IMG/VR virus record: IMGVR_UViG_3300050343_000163
Source of the DNA: a virus
DNA: 64,000 nucleotides
Strand: one strand, 5' to 3'
The notes under the pieces were generated by a model that saw nothing but the letters and a program-made list of their open reading frames with translations, had not been told where the DNA came from and searched no databases. Positions 35,980-45,632 of this stretch are shown here, piece after piece; the stretch's first letter is position 1; every line of letters begins with the position of its first letter. A program made the translations under genes and the position numbers.

Positions 35980-38149
35980 ACTCTACGAAAGAATTGAGTA
36001 GTTTTTTGTTGGTGGACTTACTAGCAAGCATCTTTTTAAATGCACGAGAGATCTCATTTTTCTTAGCACCAGACTCAACGTTCAACTCTGTATTTTGATT
36101 TAGAGAATTACTACTAATAGCATACAGAGCAGAGAATGCTGCAGGATTAGGAATGATTGCCGATTTTTCTTTCTTCCACTGCTTTTGGATTTCAGTGTAT
36201 TTTGCAAAATCAGCATAGCGTCCAACGAAACTAGACAACTGACTGCCCTGTAGAATACGGAAACCAATTACATTTACATCAGGGTTACGATCACGAACCT
36301 GCTGGATGAAGATGTTAGTGATAGTGTCATATTCAAACTCAGGATAGACACGACCAGTCTGACGATCACGAAGGCAATTGCCCCAGTCAATACGAGAAGG
36401 ACGGATGATGTTCTCATCTTTATGTTCAAGATACTGCTCTCTACCATAAGCAGATTGACATCCTTCACCGTCAGTCAAGATACAAACATTAACTTTCTGA
36501 AGATCATTTTGTTTTTTGAATTCAGGAATAATGTAGTTAAGCAAAACAATAGCTTCGTTCAAAGGAGTTCCTGAAAGAGTAACACCAATTGTATTTTGGT
36601 AACCATTATAATTTGCATAATAGTTTGCTTCTCTATACAAGTTCTTACACATACGCTCATAGTTGCGAGAGTTAGAACGAGAAGAAATAAAGTTCATCAA
36701 ATGAAAACATTGAGGATCAATAAAAAACTCATTCTTTTTTAATCCTTCCCAACTACGATAGTAAGAATCATAACTAACATGCTCTGGAGTTTCGCCTGCT
36801 ATATTTGCTATGGCACGTTTTGCTGCAATCCACTCATTAGTAAATGCATAGACTTCAAATGGAATCTGTACTTTCTTACAGAATGCAGTGAGGTTAAGAA
36901 GTTGTTTGACAGTTGGCAATAGCTCATGCTGCATAGAACCAGACCAGTCAAGAATGAAGATCAGTCCATGGTTCTTACCATCAGGAACAACAGTTACTTT
37001 TTTGAAAATGTCTTCGTTATAAAGATAAGTATGTAACTTTGAAGTATCAAGCACACCAGTCTTAGATTGACCAGCACGAGCATAAGCGTCAGCAGACTTA
37101 CGACATTCAAATTCCTTAACAAGATAGTTTACCTCTTTCTGTGACTGCTTGCGAAAATCTTGATACTGACTATCAACCTGAGAGTAAACATCATCGATAT
37201 CAGATGCTTGACTATCAATCCAATCATGAAGGACAGTCCAATCTACAAGGTGGTTTTCTAGATCAACGTTTTTAGGGATCTCAATATATGTAGTGCTACG
37301 ACCATAATTACGAGAGGAAAGATTTTCTGCTTTCTCATTGAAAGAACGTTGAGTTGAAGAAGTATCTCCTCCTCCAGAACCATCATCCTCTTCATCTTCA
37401 TCCTCTTCATCTTCAAAAGAATCTGCATTAGATGTAGATCCTGCACCACCAAAGTTAGGTTGGATATCAGGTTGATCTTTATCTGAAGATTCTCCAGATG
37501 CTTCCTCAGCAGATTCTACTCCTTCTGCATTTTCATCTTCTTCAGTTTCTTCCTCATCAGATTGTTCAGGAGAAGCTTGAGGAATATTAGCAACCGTTTC
37601 TTCAAACTGCTTACTGAACTCATGTACGTCAACCGCAATCTGTAGAACTTCTTCAAAAGTTTCTGCGAGATCAGTACGAGCAACAAATAATTTTTCTTCA
37701 GTAGAGAAAGGAATAAGTGCATTAGCACCAATCTTAAAGTGTAGATTGATACGGTCAATCAAACTGAGTTTAGTAAGATCTTCTCCCTGAATATTAAAGA
37801 AGTCACGATCGTTTAATTCTTTGTAACCACCAGCAAAAGACTTACGAAGACCTGGATACTTACGCTTCATTAGTTTCTCGATACGAGCGTCTTCAATTAC
37901 ATTGACAAAATCCATAGGACAGTCAGCAATGTCTCTCCAGTCTTTGTTAGGAGTGAATAGTGCATGACCCACTTCGTGACCGACAAGCATATCATATACA
38001 ATGTCTGATGCTTTGTCCCAGTTAGGGAGAGTCAAAATACGACGGTCAACGTCGAAGGAAGCTGTGTAGCACTGCTTATGCTCTACAACAAGATTCTCTG
38101 TAGCGAGAAGACGGGCAAGGTTACCTTTGATTTCTTTGTTGTTTGACAT
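35969..38149 (-). CDS. Metallopeptidase-like / vWA domain protein (MoxR partner)
   Basis: N-terminal GHEVGH (HExxH), acidic linker, MIDAS DWSGS, SGTPL and ILTDGE. Confidence 0.85.
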   Translation of the reverse strand: MSNNKEIKGNLARLLATENLVVEHKQCYTASFDVDRRILTLPNWDKASDIVYDMLVGHEVGHALFTPNKDWRDIADCPMDFVNVIEDARIEKLMKRKYPGLRKSFAGGYKELNDRDFFNIQGEDLTKLSLIDRINLHFKIGANALIPFSTEEKLFVARTDLAETFEEVLQIAVDVHEFSKQFEETVANIPQASPEQSDEEETEEDENAEGVESAEEASGESSDKDQPDIQPNFGGAGSTSNADSFEDEEDEDEEDDGSGGGDTSSTQRSFNEKAENLSSRNYGRSTTYIEIPKNVDLENHLVDWTVLHDWIDSQASDIDDVYSQVDSQYQDFRKQSQKEVNYLVKEFECRKSADAYARAGQSKTGVLDTSKLHTYLYNEDIFKKVTVVPDGKNHGLIFILDWSGSMQHELLPTVKQLLNLTAFCKKVQIPFEVYAFTNEWIAAKRAIANIAGETPEHVSYDSYYRSWEGLKKNEFFIDPQCFHLMNFISSRSNSRNYERMCKNLYREANYYANYNGYQNTIGVTLSGTPLNEAIVLLNYIIPEFKKQNDLQKVNVCILTDGEGCQSAYGREQYLEHKDENIIRPSRIDWGNCLRDRQTGRVYPEFEYDTITNIFIQQVRDRNPDVNVIGFRILQGSQLSSFVGRYADFAKYTEIQKQWKKEKSAIIPNPAAFSALYAISSNSLNQNTELNVESGAKKNEISRAFKKMLASKSTNKKLLNSFVEYVS

Positions 38150-38172
38150 GTGTCTCTGTTGCTGATGTATAC

Positions 38173-38230
38173 ATCATAACAAATAAACAACCTAGCCAAC
38201 CAGTCCGTGTGTCACTTCGTTAACTGTCAC
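38173..38230 (-). promoter_or_regulatory. Promoter with upstream dyad motif encoded in the g46 3' end
   Basis: -10 TATGAT (38173-38178). Dyad GTGACAGTT-AACG-AAGTGACAC at 38207-38230. Confidence 0.55.
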
Positions 38231-39937
38231 GTTGAGGGTAGAGTAGTTCTTTACCTTCTCCACAGAGATAGTACGGTCGAACTTATCGTCCATACCCTGC
38301 TTGTGACTGATTACAAACACCTTGGTGCTGTCATCAAAATTTCTTAGGATCCATCCTAGATCAGACGTACCCGATGTGTCAAGTGATCCATCAAAGATCT
38401 CATCTAAAATAAGGAGGTTAGTATCCACGCTATTCTTAAGCTTAGCAATACTACGCCAAGTGAGCAGAAGAGCGATATCAATACGAGCTTTTTCGCCTTC
38501 ACTGAAACTATCGTAAGAGAACACATCACGGTATCTAGATTTGATTTGCTCCTCAAAGTTCTCGTCTAGGGTAAAATTGACATAAAACTCCATACGTTGT
38601 AAGAAATCGTTAATCAACTTATTCATAGTAGGAAGATAGGTTTTGATGATCCTAGTCTTGATACCATTATCTTTAAGGAGTTGACCCGCTGTTGTAAGAA
38701 CATCACGATCAGATTTCAAACTAGCTTGTTGTTTATTCAAACTCTTTTTGTTTTCAACCAAAAGTTCTAGTTTGTTATACTCCGATTTCTTATCAACATT
38801 ATCACTGTTTAATTCTACAATTTCTTCTTCAAGTGATTCCACTTGTTTACGAATTGTCATCAGTTGAAAATTGGTTTGTGAAATTGTAGTGTTGATATCA
38901 TTTACTGTAGTAGAAAGTTCAGTAAATTTATTAAACCTAGTTTCTTCTTCTCCTATAGCAGAGAGGATATCATTATATCCTACAAGCATTTCATCAACTT
39001 TACCCCGACCTTCGTCCAGTTTTAGATTACGAAAATCTTCACGTAGGTCTTGTGTACACGTAGGACACACATGGTTGTTCTCAAAGAACTCAAGTTCTTT
39101 CTTACATGTGTTCAGTTTATGTGTTACCTTGATCAAGTATGTGTTCAACTTTCGCAATTTCCCGTTTGATTGCTGGTACTCATGCATTTCTTCATTAAGA
39201 TTACAGATTTGTTGTGTCAAAAGAGAAACATCTTCCACACCTTGTAGCTCAGTTTTCTTATATACATCTATCTTTTCTTTCTTGCGATCAATCTCTTCTT
39301 GATTTCTCTTTTCTAAAGTAAGCATAGTTTGCTTTTGCAATTCAATCTTATCCTTTAGAAGATCTAGTTGATAATTGATGTCGCGAACTTCATCATTGTT
39401 CTCACGCATCTTATCTTTCAAAAGAACATTCATAGTAGAGAATACTTGGATATCCAAGATGTCCTCAATAATATCGCGACGTTGACCACCAGGCAGTTTC
39501 ATGAATGGGATAAACGTAGAGGATCCCAACACAACAATCTGTGTAAATGATTTGTAGTTCATCTTGAGCACGTTCTGCTCAAAGTTTTTCTGCTGATCGT
39601 TTACTGAACTTTCTTGATTCCATAACTGTCCATTACAATAGATCTCAAACTTGTTAGGTTTGATACCACGAATAACTTTGTAGTCTAGCTTACCAATACG
39701 AAACTCAATCTCGACTACGCAATTTTTTTCATTAATACTATTAACTAGAGACCCTTTACTAATCTTGCGAAATGGTTTTGCAAACAGCGAAAAAGTAAGA
39801 GCATCTAAAATGGTGCTCTTACCTGCTCCGTTGTCTCCAACAATTAAATTTGTTCTACCTTCTTCTAAATTAATTTCACTAAACACATTACCCGTGGATA
39901 AAAAGTTCTTCCAACGGATTTTTTCAAAAATAATCAT
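38192..39937 (-). CDS. g46: Recombination endonuclease subunit gp46 (SbcC/Rad50-like)
   Basis: GDNGAGKST, CPTC hook, FSEGEKARID signature, LDEIFD. Confidence 0.97.
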   Translation of the reverse strand: MIIFEKIRWKNFLSTGNVFSEINLEEGRTNLIVGDNGAGKSTILDALTFSLFAKPFRKISKGSLVNSINEKNCVVEIEFRIGKLDYKVIRGIKPNKFEIYCNGQLWNQESSVNDQQKNFEQNVLKMNYKSFTQIVVLGSSTFIPFMKLPGGQRRDIIEDILDIQVFSTMNVLLKDKMRENNDEVRDINYQLDLLKDKIELQKQTMLTLEKRNQEEIDRKKEKIDVYKKTELQGVEDVSLLTQQICNLNEEMHEYQQSNGKLRKLNTYLIKVTHKLNTCKKELEFFENNHVCPTCTQDLREDFRNLKLDEGRGKVDEMLVGYNDILSAIGEEETRFNKFTELSTTVNDINTTISQTNFQLMTIRKQVESLEEEIVELNSDNVDKKSEYNKLELLVENKKSLNKQQASLKSDRDVLTTAGQLLKDNGIKTRIIKTYLPTMNKLINDFLQRMEFYVNFTLDENFEEQIKSRYRDVFSYDSFSEGEKARIDIALLLTWRSIAKLKNSVDTNLLILDEIFDGSLDTSGTSDLGWILRNFDDSTKVFVISHKQGMDDKFDRTISVEKVKNYSTLNVTVNEVTHGLVG

Positions 39938-40200
39938 TCTGCAGAATCTTCAGGTGGTATCAAAAAATCGTCAGGCGTGATAATGGAAAACTTTTGACCA
40001 CGGTCTTGACATGCTGCTATTATAACATGATCTTCCATTTCCACAACCTGCATTGGAGGATATTCAATGTCCTCCTCCATCATCATCAAGTATCTTGATG
40101 CATCGTCATTATCAATAAAGATAGGTATAACCCTATCCTTTGCCGTGTCAAACACAGAGTATACACCGTCTGGATGATTTTCTAATGTTAGAACAAACAT
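39934..40200 (-). CDS. Conserved hypothetical protein
   Basis: 88 aa between g47 and g46, TPDDFLIPP tail. Confidence 0.7.
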   Translation of the reverse strand: MFVLTLENHPDGVYSVFDTAKDRVIPIFIDNDDASRYLMMMEEDIEYPPMQVVEMEDHVIIAACQDRGQKFSIITPDDFLIPPEDSAE

Positions 40201-41240
40201 TATGCAACATTACAGCTTTCAATATATAGTGTTCTCATTAAAGACTTAAGTTCACTTTTGTCTACGGCAATCTCTACTTCATCAATGTACTCATTAAGAA
40301 GAGTCATTGTGTCTTTAGTTTCAAGATCTGCATCCTCTATGTTATCTGCATCAACTAAGGTCTCAACAATTTTTACATCATGAGCACCTACGTTGTAAAG
40401 ACGATCAACCAATGTTTCAAACATTTGGTAGTCACGTTTTTCTTCAACGATGAGTTTGATGAACTTGTCTTTATAATCAGATACATCTGATTTGTTGTAG
40501 TCGGTAGCTGCGTCATCGTAGAAGATCTTCTCAAAGATTTCATACGGATTTCTGATAAACTTAAGTCTATCACTTTCAGTATCGTAGATATGGAAACCGC
40601 GAGAGTCTTTATAATCATTCCAGAACATCTGATAGGGGTTGCCAAGATACTGGACATTACCATGCTTTGACTTATGATGAAAATGTCCTGACCATACTCG
40701 TTTAAAGTTTTTAAAATCAGAAACTCTAAATCCACCATCAAATTTCATGCCAGGTGTAACTTCAAATCCATCACACTCTAGATGACCACACATGATATCA
40801 GCGTCAGAGTTTGTCATAACATCTACGCTACTAGCTTTGTTTTCTGAATTGATCCACGGCATCATCAGAAACTTTTTACTACCAAGTTTAATATGCTTTG
40901 GTTCAGCATAGATATTGATATTGCTATACTTCTCTAAAAGAAGTTCGGGTGAATTAATTTTGTTTGTATTTTTATAATACGTACAATGGTTACCCAAAAT
41001 CATATGAACTTTATAATCTACCAGTCGTTTGAAATAATTAGTATCAACACGATTAAAAGTATTATAGTCCATTGACTTTCGGTTATCAAAAGTGTCACCT
41101 AGATCAATGATAGTATCGATACCTTCTTTTTCAAGAGTTGGAAAGAATACATTGTCATAGAATTTCTGGAAGTAATTCCAAAAGGGTAAAGAACCCTTTC
41201 GTCCATCAAGATGTTGATCCGTTATTAGTGCTATCTTCAT
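40200..41240 (-). CDS. g47: Recombination endonuclease subunit gp47 (SbcD/Mre11-like)
   Basis: ITDQH, LGDTFD, LGNH, SGHFH. Start at MKIALI (41240). Confidence 0.97.
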   Translation of the reverse strand: MKIALITDQHLDGRKGSLPFWNYFQKFYDNVFFPTLEKEGIDTIIDLGDTFDNRKSMDYNTFNRVDTNYFKRLVDYKVHMILGNHCTYYKNTNKINSPELLLEKYSNINIYAEPKHIKLGSKKFLMMPWINSENKASSVDVMTNSDADIMCGHLECDGFEVTPGMKFDGGFRVSDFKNFKRVWSGHFHHKSKHGNVQYLGNPYQMFWNDYKDSRGFHIYDTESDRLKFIRNPYEIFEKIFYDDAATDYNKSDVSDYKDKFIKLIVEEKRDYQMFETLVDRLYNVGAHDVKIVETLVDADNIEDADLETKDTMTLLNEYIDEVEIAVDKSELKSLMRTLYIESCNVA

Positions 41241-41463
41241 CTTTAATAAATTCTCCTTTTTCGTAATCAAATCTAGGATGTGGGGCAGACGGCACCCAAG
41301 GGTTTTTTGATGTGTTGTGTATAACAATAAACTTATCAGCAGCAAATGTACCTGCAATACTGACTCGAATTTCATCATCATCTTTCCAATTAAATGAACC
41401 ATCTTTTTTAGTATGGTTCATTGCTTCTTGGATCTGGTCAATAACTTCTTGTGTTAGTTTCAT
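41206..41463 (-). CDS. Hypothetical protein
   Basis: MKLTQEVIDQIQEAM...; ATGA-coupled. Confidence 0.65.
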   Translation of the reverse strand: MKLTQEVIDQIQEAMNHTKKDGSFNWKDDDEIRVSIAGTFAADKFIVIHNTSKNPWVPSAPHPRFDYEKGEFIKDEDSTNNGSTS

Positions 41464-41582
41464 TGCAAATACTCCACTATCTTTAGTATACCATATGCTG
41501 TAAATACTTGAGGAATTATAAAAGCAACCATTGCTACAATCCAAAAGACATAGTAATAATTTTCTTTATTCTGTGTTCTCAT
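41460..41582 (-). CDS. Small membrane peptide (40 aa)
   Basis: MRTQNKENYYYVFWIVAMVAFIIPQVFTAYG...; ATGA overlaps at both ends. Confidence 0.55.
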   Translation of the reverse strand: MRTQNKENYYYVFWIVAMVAFIIPQVFTAYGILKIVEYLQ

Positions 41583-41812
41583 TGAGGGGAATGATCTTTA
41601 AACTTATCATGGTTGCCATCACCTGGCATTTTACCAAAAGCAATATATTCAACAGCTTGTAGAGAACCTTCCAGTCTAGTCAAGTCTCTCTCAATTTTAA
41701 TGTATTCATCATACGCTTCTTGTAGTAATTCTTTTTTCTCAGTTAACTGAGCAGTTCTCTTTGTGAAACGCTCAATTAATTGTTCATTGTTTTCTACAGG
41801 TTTAATTTTCAT
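41579..41812 (-). CDS. Hypothetical coiled-coil protein
   Basis: 77 aa ORF. Confidence 0.6.
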   Translation of the reverse strand: MKIKPVENNEQLIERFTKRTAQLTEKKELLQEAYDEYIKIERDLTRLEGSLQAVEYIAFGKMPGDGNHDKFKDHSPQ

Positions 41813-41969
41813 TGTATCTAATTGTTAGTGATTGCAAAAATTCTCCCGTTGGTTTAGAAACTTTCCAAGTTGAATCTTTCGATGCAAAGGATAGTTTACA
41901 ACGTATCTTGTTTGATGAGAGACGAATCATTCTCACCATAGCTAGATTACGTTCCAATTCATTGAGCAT
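41802..41969 (-). CDS. Small hypothetical protein (55 aa)
   Basis: MLNELERNLAMVRMIRL...; read by eye. Confidence 0.45.
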   Translation of the reverse strand: MLNELERNLAMVRMIRLSSNKIRCKLSFASKDSTWKVSKPTGEFLQSLTIRYNEN

Positions 41970-42108
41970 CTTCTTGTGTTTTATTGTATACTATAATTCG
42001 ATTGCCATCATGTGTAAACATGAGTTCATCATCATGACCCCAACAAAGTTCTTCGTAAAGATCATTAAGTTTTTCCATGTCATCATATAAGGTGTTGGGG
42101 TTTGGCAT
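41959..42108 (-). CDS. Small conserved hypothetical protein (49 aa)
   Basis: MPNPNTLYDDMEKLNDLYEELCWGHDDEL...; TAATG-coupled to g55. Confidence 0.6.
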   Translation of the reverse strand: MPNPNTLYDDMEKLNDLYEELCWGHDDELMFTHDGNRIIVYNKTQEDAQ

Positions 42109-42614
42109 TATCGATTCATTTTAGTTTCAATGTTTTCTTTGATGCTACCCATGTCAGAATAAGAAGCATTCATACCAGACATACTACCATCATATGTGTC
42201 TGTGTGCATGACTTCATCATATCCTGACCGTTCTAGGATCTTACCTTTGATCTCTAGCTGCTTCTTTTCTTTTTGGATCCTACGCAAGAATGCATAGTAA
42301 ATGATCTGAGTAAAATAAGCGAATGGGTTCTTAGATTTTTCAGGGTCAAAGTTGTCAATATACTGGAGGCAATTTTCAATGCCGTCACAGATCATGTCCT
42401 CACGGAACATGTAGTTAACAAAGTTAGGTTTATAAGATAGGTGTGTTGCGATCTTTAAAAAGCAAGAACCAATATAATTGGTAACTCGTGGGCGAGGTTT
42501 GCCTGTTTCTTTAGCAGCATGAACGTTTTGCCGAAAGTCAGTGATCGCAGCAAGGAACTCTTTATTATTGACGTAGTATTCTGTCTTTTTTCGGGTCATT
42601 ACTGCATATGCCAT
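42108..42614 (-). CDS. g55: Late-transcription sigma factor (gp55)
   Basis: YYVNNKEFL, FVNYMFREDMICDGIENCLQYIDNFDPEKSKNPFAYFTQI. Confidence 0.97.
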   Translation of the reverse strand: MAYAVMTRKKTEYYVNNKEFLAAITDFRQNVHAAKETGKPRPRVTNYIGSCFLKIATHLSYKPNFVNYMFREDMICDGIENCLQYIDNFDPEKSKNPFAYFTQIIYYAFLRRIQKEKKQLEIKGKILERSGYDEVMHTDTYDGSMSGMNASYSDMGSIKENIETKMNR

Positions 42615-42639
42615 GGTTTGTTACCATTATCATGTACTA

Positions 42640-42668
42640 AGGATAGCACAATGAATTGGATTTGTAAA
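42640..42668 (-). promoter_or_regulatory. Sigma70-type promoter for g55
   Basis: TTTACA (42663-42668), 17 nt spacer, TG-extended TATCCT (42640-42645). Confidence 0.6.
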
Positions 42669-42674
42669 GGGGGC

Positions 42675-42703
42675 TTGACAGAACCTCATAAACTGAGTAC
42701 AAT
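42675..42703 (+). promoter_or_regulatory. Divergent (antisense) sigma70-type promoter
   Basis: TTGACA (42675-42680), 17 nt spacer, TACAAT (42698-42703) on the + strand. Confidence 0.6.
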
Positions 42704-42731
42704 TAACCTTGTAGAGGTTCAGGTCAAGGTA

Positions 42732-43130
42732 TTAGCTTTTATTAAAGATATCTTCTAAAGACTTTTTCATTTCTTTTACTGATCCTAGATATCCAGAATC
42801 ACGAGTTAATTTCCCTGCTCTTCCAGTTAGACTCTTTCCATTTTCTAACCTCTCTAAAGTTTTTTCGTAGAAGTCTTGAATCATGGGATCAATTTCAGTC
42901 ATAGTCATGATATGATCACGCTTAATAATAAACATGTTATCAAACGAGGCGCTGATCCATTCACTAAAAGAAAAACCAGATACTTCTAATTGACCTTTCT
43001 TTTGTTTTGCAGCTAGAACTTGGAGAGGGTTTTCTAATAATACTTTGTCTTCATCTTCTAAGTAGCAGACTTTAGATACTATCTCCTCTCCAGTTGTTAA
43101 TTTTATTGTTGCATAGAATTCTTCTTCCAT
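42732..43130 (-). CDS. Conserved hypothetical protein (Sm-like fold candidate)
   Basis: ATIKLTTGEEIVSKV...LENPL...WI pattern. Confidence 0.7.
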   Translation of the reverse strand: MEEEFYATIKLTTGEEIVSKVCYLEDEDKVLLENPLQVLAAKQKKGQLEVSGFSFSEWISASFDNMFIIKRDHIMTMTEIDPMIQDFYEKTLERLENGKSLTGRAGKLTRDSGYLGSVKEMKKSLEDIFNKS

Positions 43131-43132
43131 AT

Positions 43133-44605
43133 TTAACTTGCTCTAAGGTTTACTTTTATTACCTCATACTTAAAATTTTCATCATTATAAATGTTGACTC
43201 TTTCATTCAAGTGCCGAAGCGTATAATTCTGACCGCCAATGTCATCAGCGATATCGTATAAAGTTGCAATATCTTTACCTTCACCTTTCCTAAGTACACG
43301 ACCAATTGATTGGAGGTTACGAATGCGTGACTTACTTGGGGAAGCAAATATAATATTGTGTAATCGTTTAATATTAATTCCTGTAGAAAAGGTTCCGTAA
43401 GAAGCAACAATAACAGCGTTATTTTCCGTCTCGGTAATTTGACGAACAGCTTCTCTATCTTCTACATCAGTACCACCATGAACAAAAAATAATTTTCGTT
43501 CTGGGTCTATGGTATTATTTATCAACTCATAAAGTGGTTCCCCATGCTTTTCAATATAGTTAAATAGCACTAGGGTGTTACCCTCAATGTCTTTAACTAG
43601 GTTTTTAATAATATTATTTCTTCCTTTATGTTCTACGAGATATTCCATCTCATCATGATATGATTCAAAGTGTTGCGGAGCATGTTTACACAAAAGTATT
43701 TTTATTCTAAACTTAGAGAGATAACCAGATTTGATTAAATCATCTGTTTTAGTTACACGTTCACAATCACCAAACAATCCTTCCAACACCCACTTGTGAG
43801 TTTTACTCCCGTCTAGGGTTCCAGTAAAACCAAACCTATACTTGGCATTGTGTAGCTTAGTCATGATTCCTGTGAGGGACTTCGACTTAAATAGGTGTGC
43901 CTCATCTCCGATAACACAATCAATATCATCAAAGTATCTTTTTGGAAACTTGTAGATGGATTGCCAGGTTGAAATAATGATTGGTTTGTCAGTATTCTTA
44001 TCTTTGCCTGAATATATCTTATGCACATGATCGTCAGCATTCCACCCGTAATCGTTAAAGTCATTGACCATCTGTTCTACCAAGGACGTAGTAGGGACGA
44101 TGATCAGCGTCTTCTTGTTGGTAGCAGTATAGTATCGGACGAGGGAATAAATCATAAGAGACTTCCCAGATCCCGTAGGAGAAAGAAGTAACTTTCTATT
44201 ATTTTTTATAGCTTCGTAGACTGCACGATATTGATAGTCGCGAGGTTGAATATCACCACGGACAATTTTATCCATGAATGTCTTTACACCAGCAGGAGAA
44301 ACAAAACCGTTTAGGTCTTCAACATCTCCATACCAATCATTCCTTTCATACTCAACTTTATATTGTCTTTCGTATGCCCATGTCTCTAAGTGTTTTCTTA
44401 GACCATGATATAATTCACCTGTACCTGGTGAATACAAACGAATAGTTCCGTCCCAGTATTTGTATCTGGGATTCTTTTTTAAGAACTTAGCTTCAGGAAC
44501 TTCAAAGGTAAAGTAGTCTGACAGTTCTTGATGAACATGTGGTTCCTTTGAATTAATTGTAATGTAAACTTCGTTCTTTTTTTTAATACTGAGAGTTGTC
44601 ATCAT
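43133..44605 (-). CDS. uvsW: UvsW helicase
   Basis: SPTGSGKS, GDEAH, GFTGT, QSIGRVLR. Confidence 0.97.
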   Translation of the reverse strand: MMTTLSIKKKNEVYITINSKEPHVHQELSDYFTFEVPEAKFLKKNPRYKYWDGTIRLYSPGTGELYHGLRKHLETWAYERQYKVEYERNDWYGDVEDLNGFVSPAGVKTFMDKIVRGDIQPRDYQYRAVYEAIKNNRKLLLSPTGSGKSLMIYSLVRYYTATNKKTLIIVPTTSLVEQMVNDFNDYGWNADDHVHKIYSGKDKNTDKPIIISTWQSIYKFPKRYFDDIDCVIGDEAHLFKSKSLTGIMTKLHNAKYRFGFTGTLDGSKTHKWVLEGLFGDCERVTKTDDLIKSGYLSKFRIKILLCKHAPQHFESYHDEMEYLVEHKGRNNIIKNLVKDIEGNTLVLFNYIEKHGEPLYELINNTIDPERKLFFVHGGTDVEDREAVRQITETENNAVIVASYGTFSTGINIKRLHNIIFASPSKSRIRNLQSIGRVLRKGEGKDIATLYDIADDIGGQNYTLRHLNERVNIYNDENFKYEVIKVNLRAS

Positions 44606-45075
44606 TGTCCGTTAACAAATTTCTCCCACTCAATAGCACTCTTGACCTGAAACCCTCTATTAGAAATTTGACGCATGACTTGATCTAACCAGTACAACAT
44701 CTGATCTAGATACTTGATTTTTGCCTCAAGGTTAATGATCTCATCATCACTCTCAAGGTATGTTTTCATTTTCTCGGAAGTCTTAATGCTTGATCCAAAT
44801 GGTTTAGCGGCGTAAACTTTAGCGTCTGCCTCTCCAGAGTAATACTCACGCTTTTCCCTAACCAATTTACGGATCTCAAATTCAAGTGAAGCTTTGATCT
44901 GAGAGATGTCAGTGTAATGGTTTAAGTATTTATTATGTTGAAATGGGATGTTAAGAGCTAATTGTCCTAAGTCTGTGGTATACTGTTTACTCTTGAACTG
45001 AAAATCAACTGCAGAATCTTCCGCCCAATCTGCTCTTAACTGTTCAAATTTATTACGAAGAGAATCAAAATTCAT
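44602..45075 (-). CDS. uvsY: Recombination mediator UvsY
   Basis: HNKYL...EYYSG...YLESD...SNRGFQVKSAIEWEKF. Confidence 0.9.
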   Translation of the reverse strand: MNFDSLRNKFEQLRADWAEDSAVDFQFKSKQYTTDLGQLALNIPFQHNKYLNHYTDISQIKASLEFEIRKLVREKREYYSGEADAKVYAAKPFGSSIKTSEKMKTYLESDDEIINLEAKIKYLDQMLYWLDQVMRQISNRGFQVKSAIEWEKFVNGQ

Positions 45076-45593
45076 AAAAGTTTCATTGTTTTATCACGAA
45101 GGAAGAACTGCTGGTGCTTGAATGTCACCTCCGCAGTAATATATTCCACATCAGTTATTGTAGCATCAAATTGTAGGTTACTTAAAGATACAGGAAATAT
45201 ATCCCTAAACTCTACAACAAATGCTGGGTTGTATTGTGAAGTAGTGATATGTAATTGTGCGTTAGTATAGATATCTAATTCATTTGTTGTTCGTTGCATC
45301 TGATCTGCATTGCCATTATCTCTCATCCATTTATGAATAGAGTTATAATTAACTAGATCTTCGTCAACAATAAAACGCACGACAAAATCCCCGAAGTTAA
45401 CACCACCGCCAGGTACGATAGGCAAATTCCTAAAAGGACTTGCTACATCAATGGTAGGCATGTTAACATCGGGGACATTTGCTGATTGGCAAAAGAAATC
45501 TACTCCATCAAACTTCTCTAGTTTAAGGAGATAACCAATAGGGTTTAAGAAGTTCCTATTTCTAGGTTGTTCTTTATACCATTCAGCAGACAT
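45072..45593 (-). CDS. g3: Tail tube terminator / head-proximal tip protein (gp3)
   Basis: NFLNPIGY, FFCQSANVP, FPVSLS. Late promoter CATAAATA at 45615-45622. Confidence 0.85.
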   Translation of the reverse strand: MSAEWYKEQPRNRNFLNPIGYLLKLEKFDGVDFFCQSANVPDVNMPTIDVASPFRNLPIVPGGGVNFGDFVVRFIVDEDLVNYNSIHKWMRDNGNADQMQRTTNELDIYTNAQLHITTSQYNPAFVVEFRDIFPVSLSNLQFDATITDVEYITAEVTFKHQQFFLRDKTMKLL

Positions 45594-45632
45594 ATCAACT
45601 TCCCAAGCTATAACTATTTATGGGTTGTTAAA

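Noticed and set aside
37380-37570. Low-complexity GA-rich repeats (tcatcttca...)
   Set aside because: They simply encode the acidic linker of the vWA-peptidase and are not an independent repeat element.
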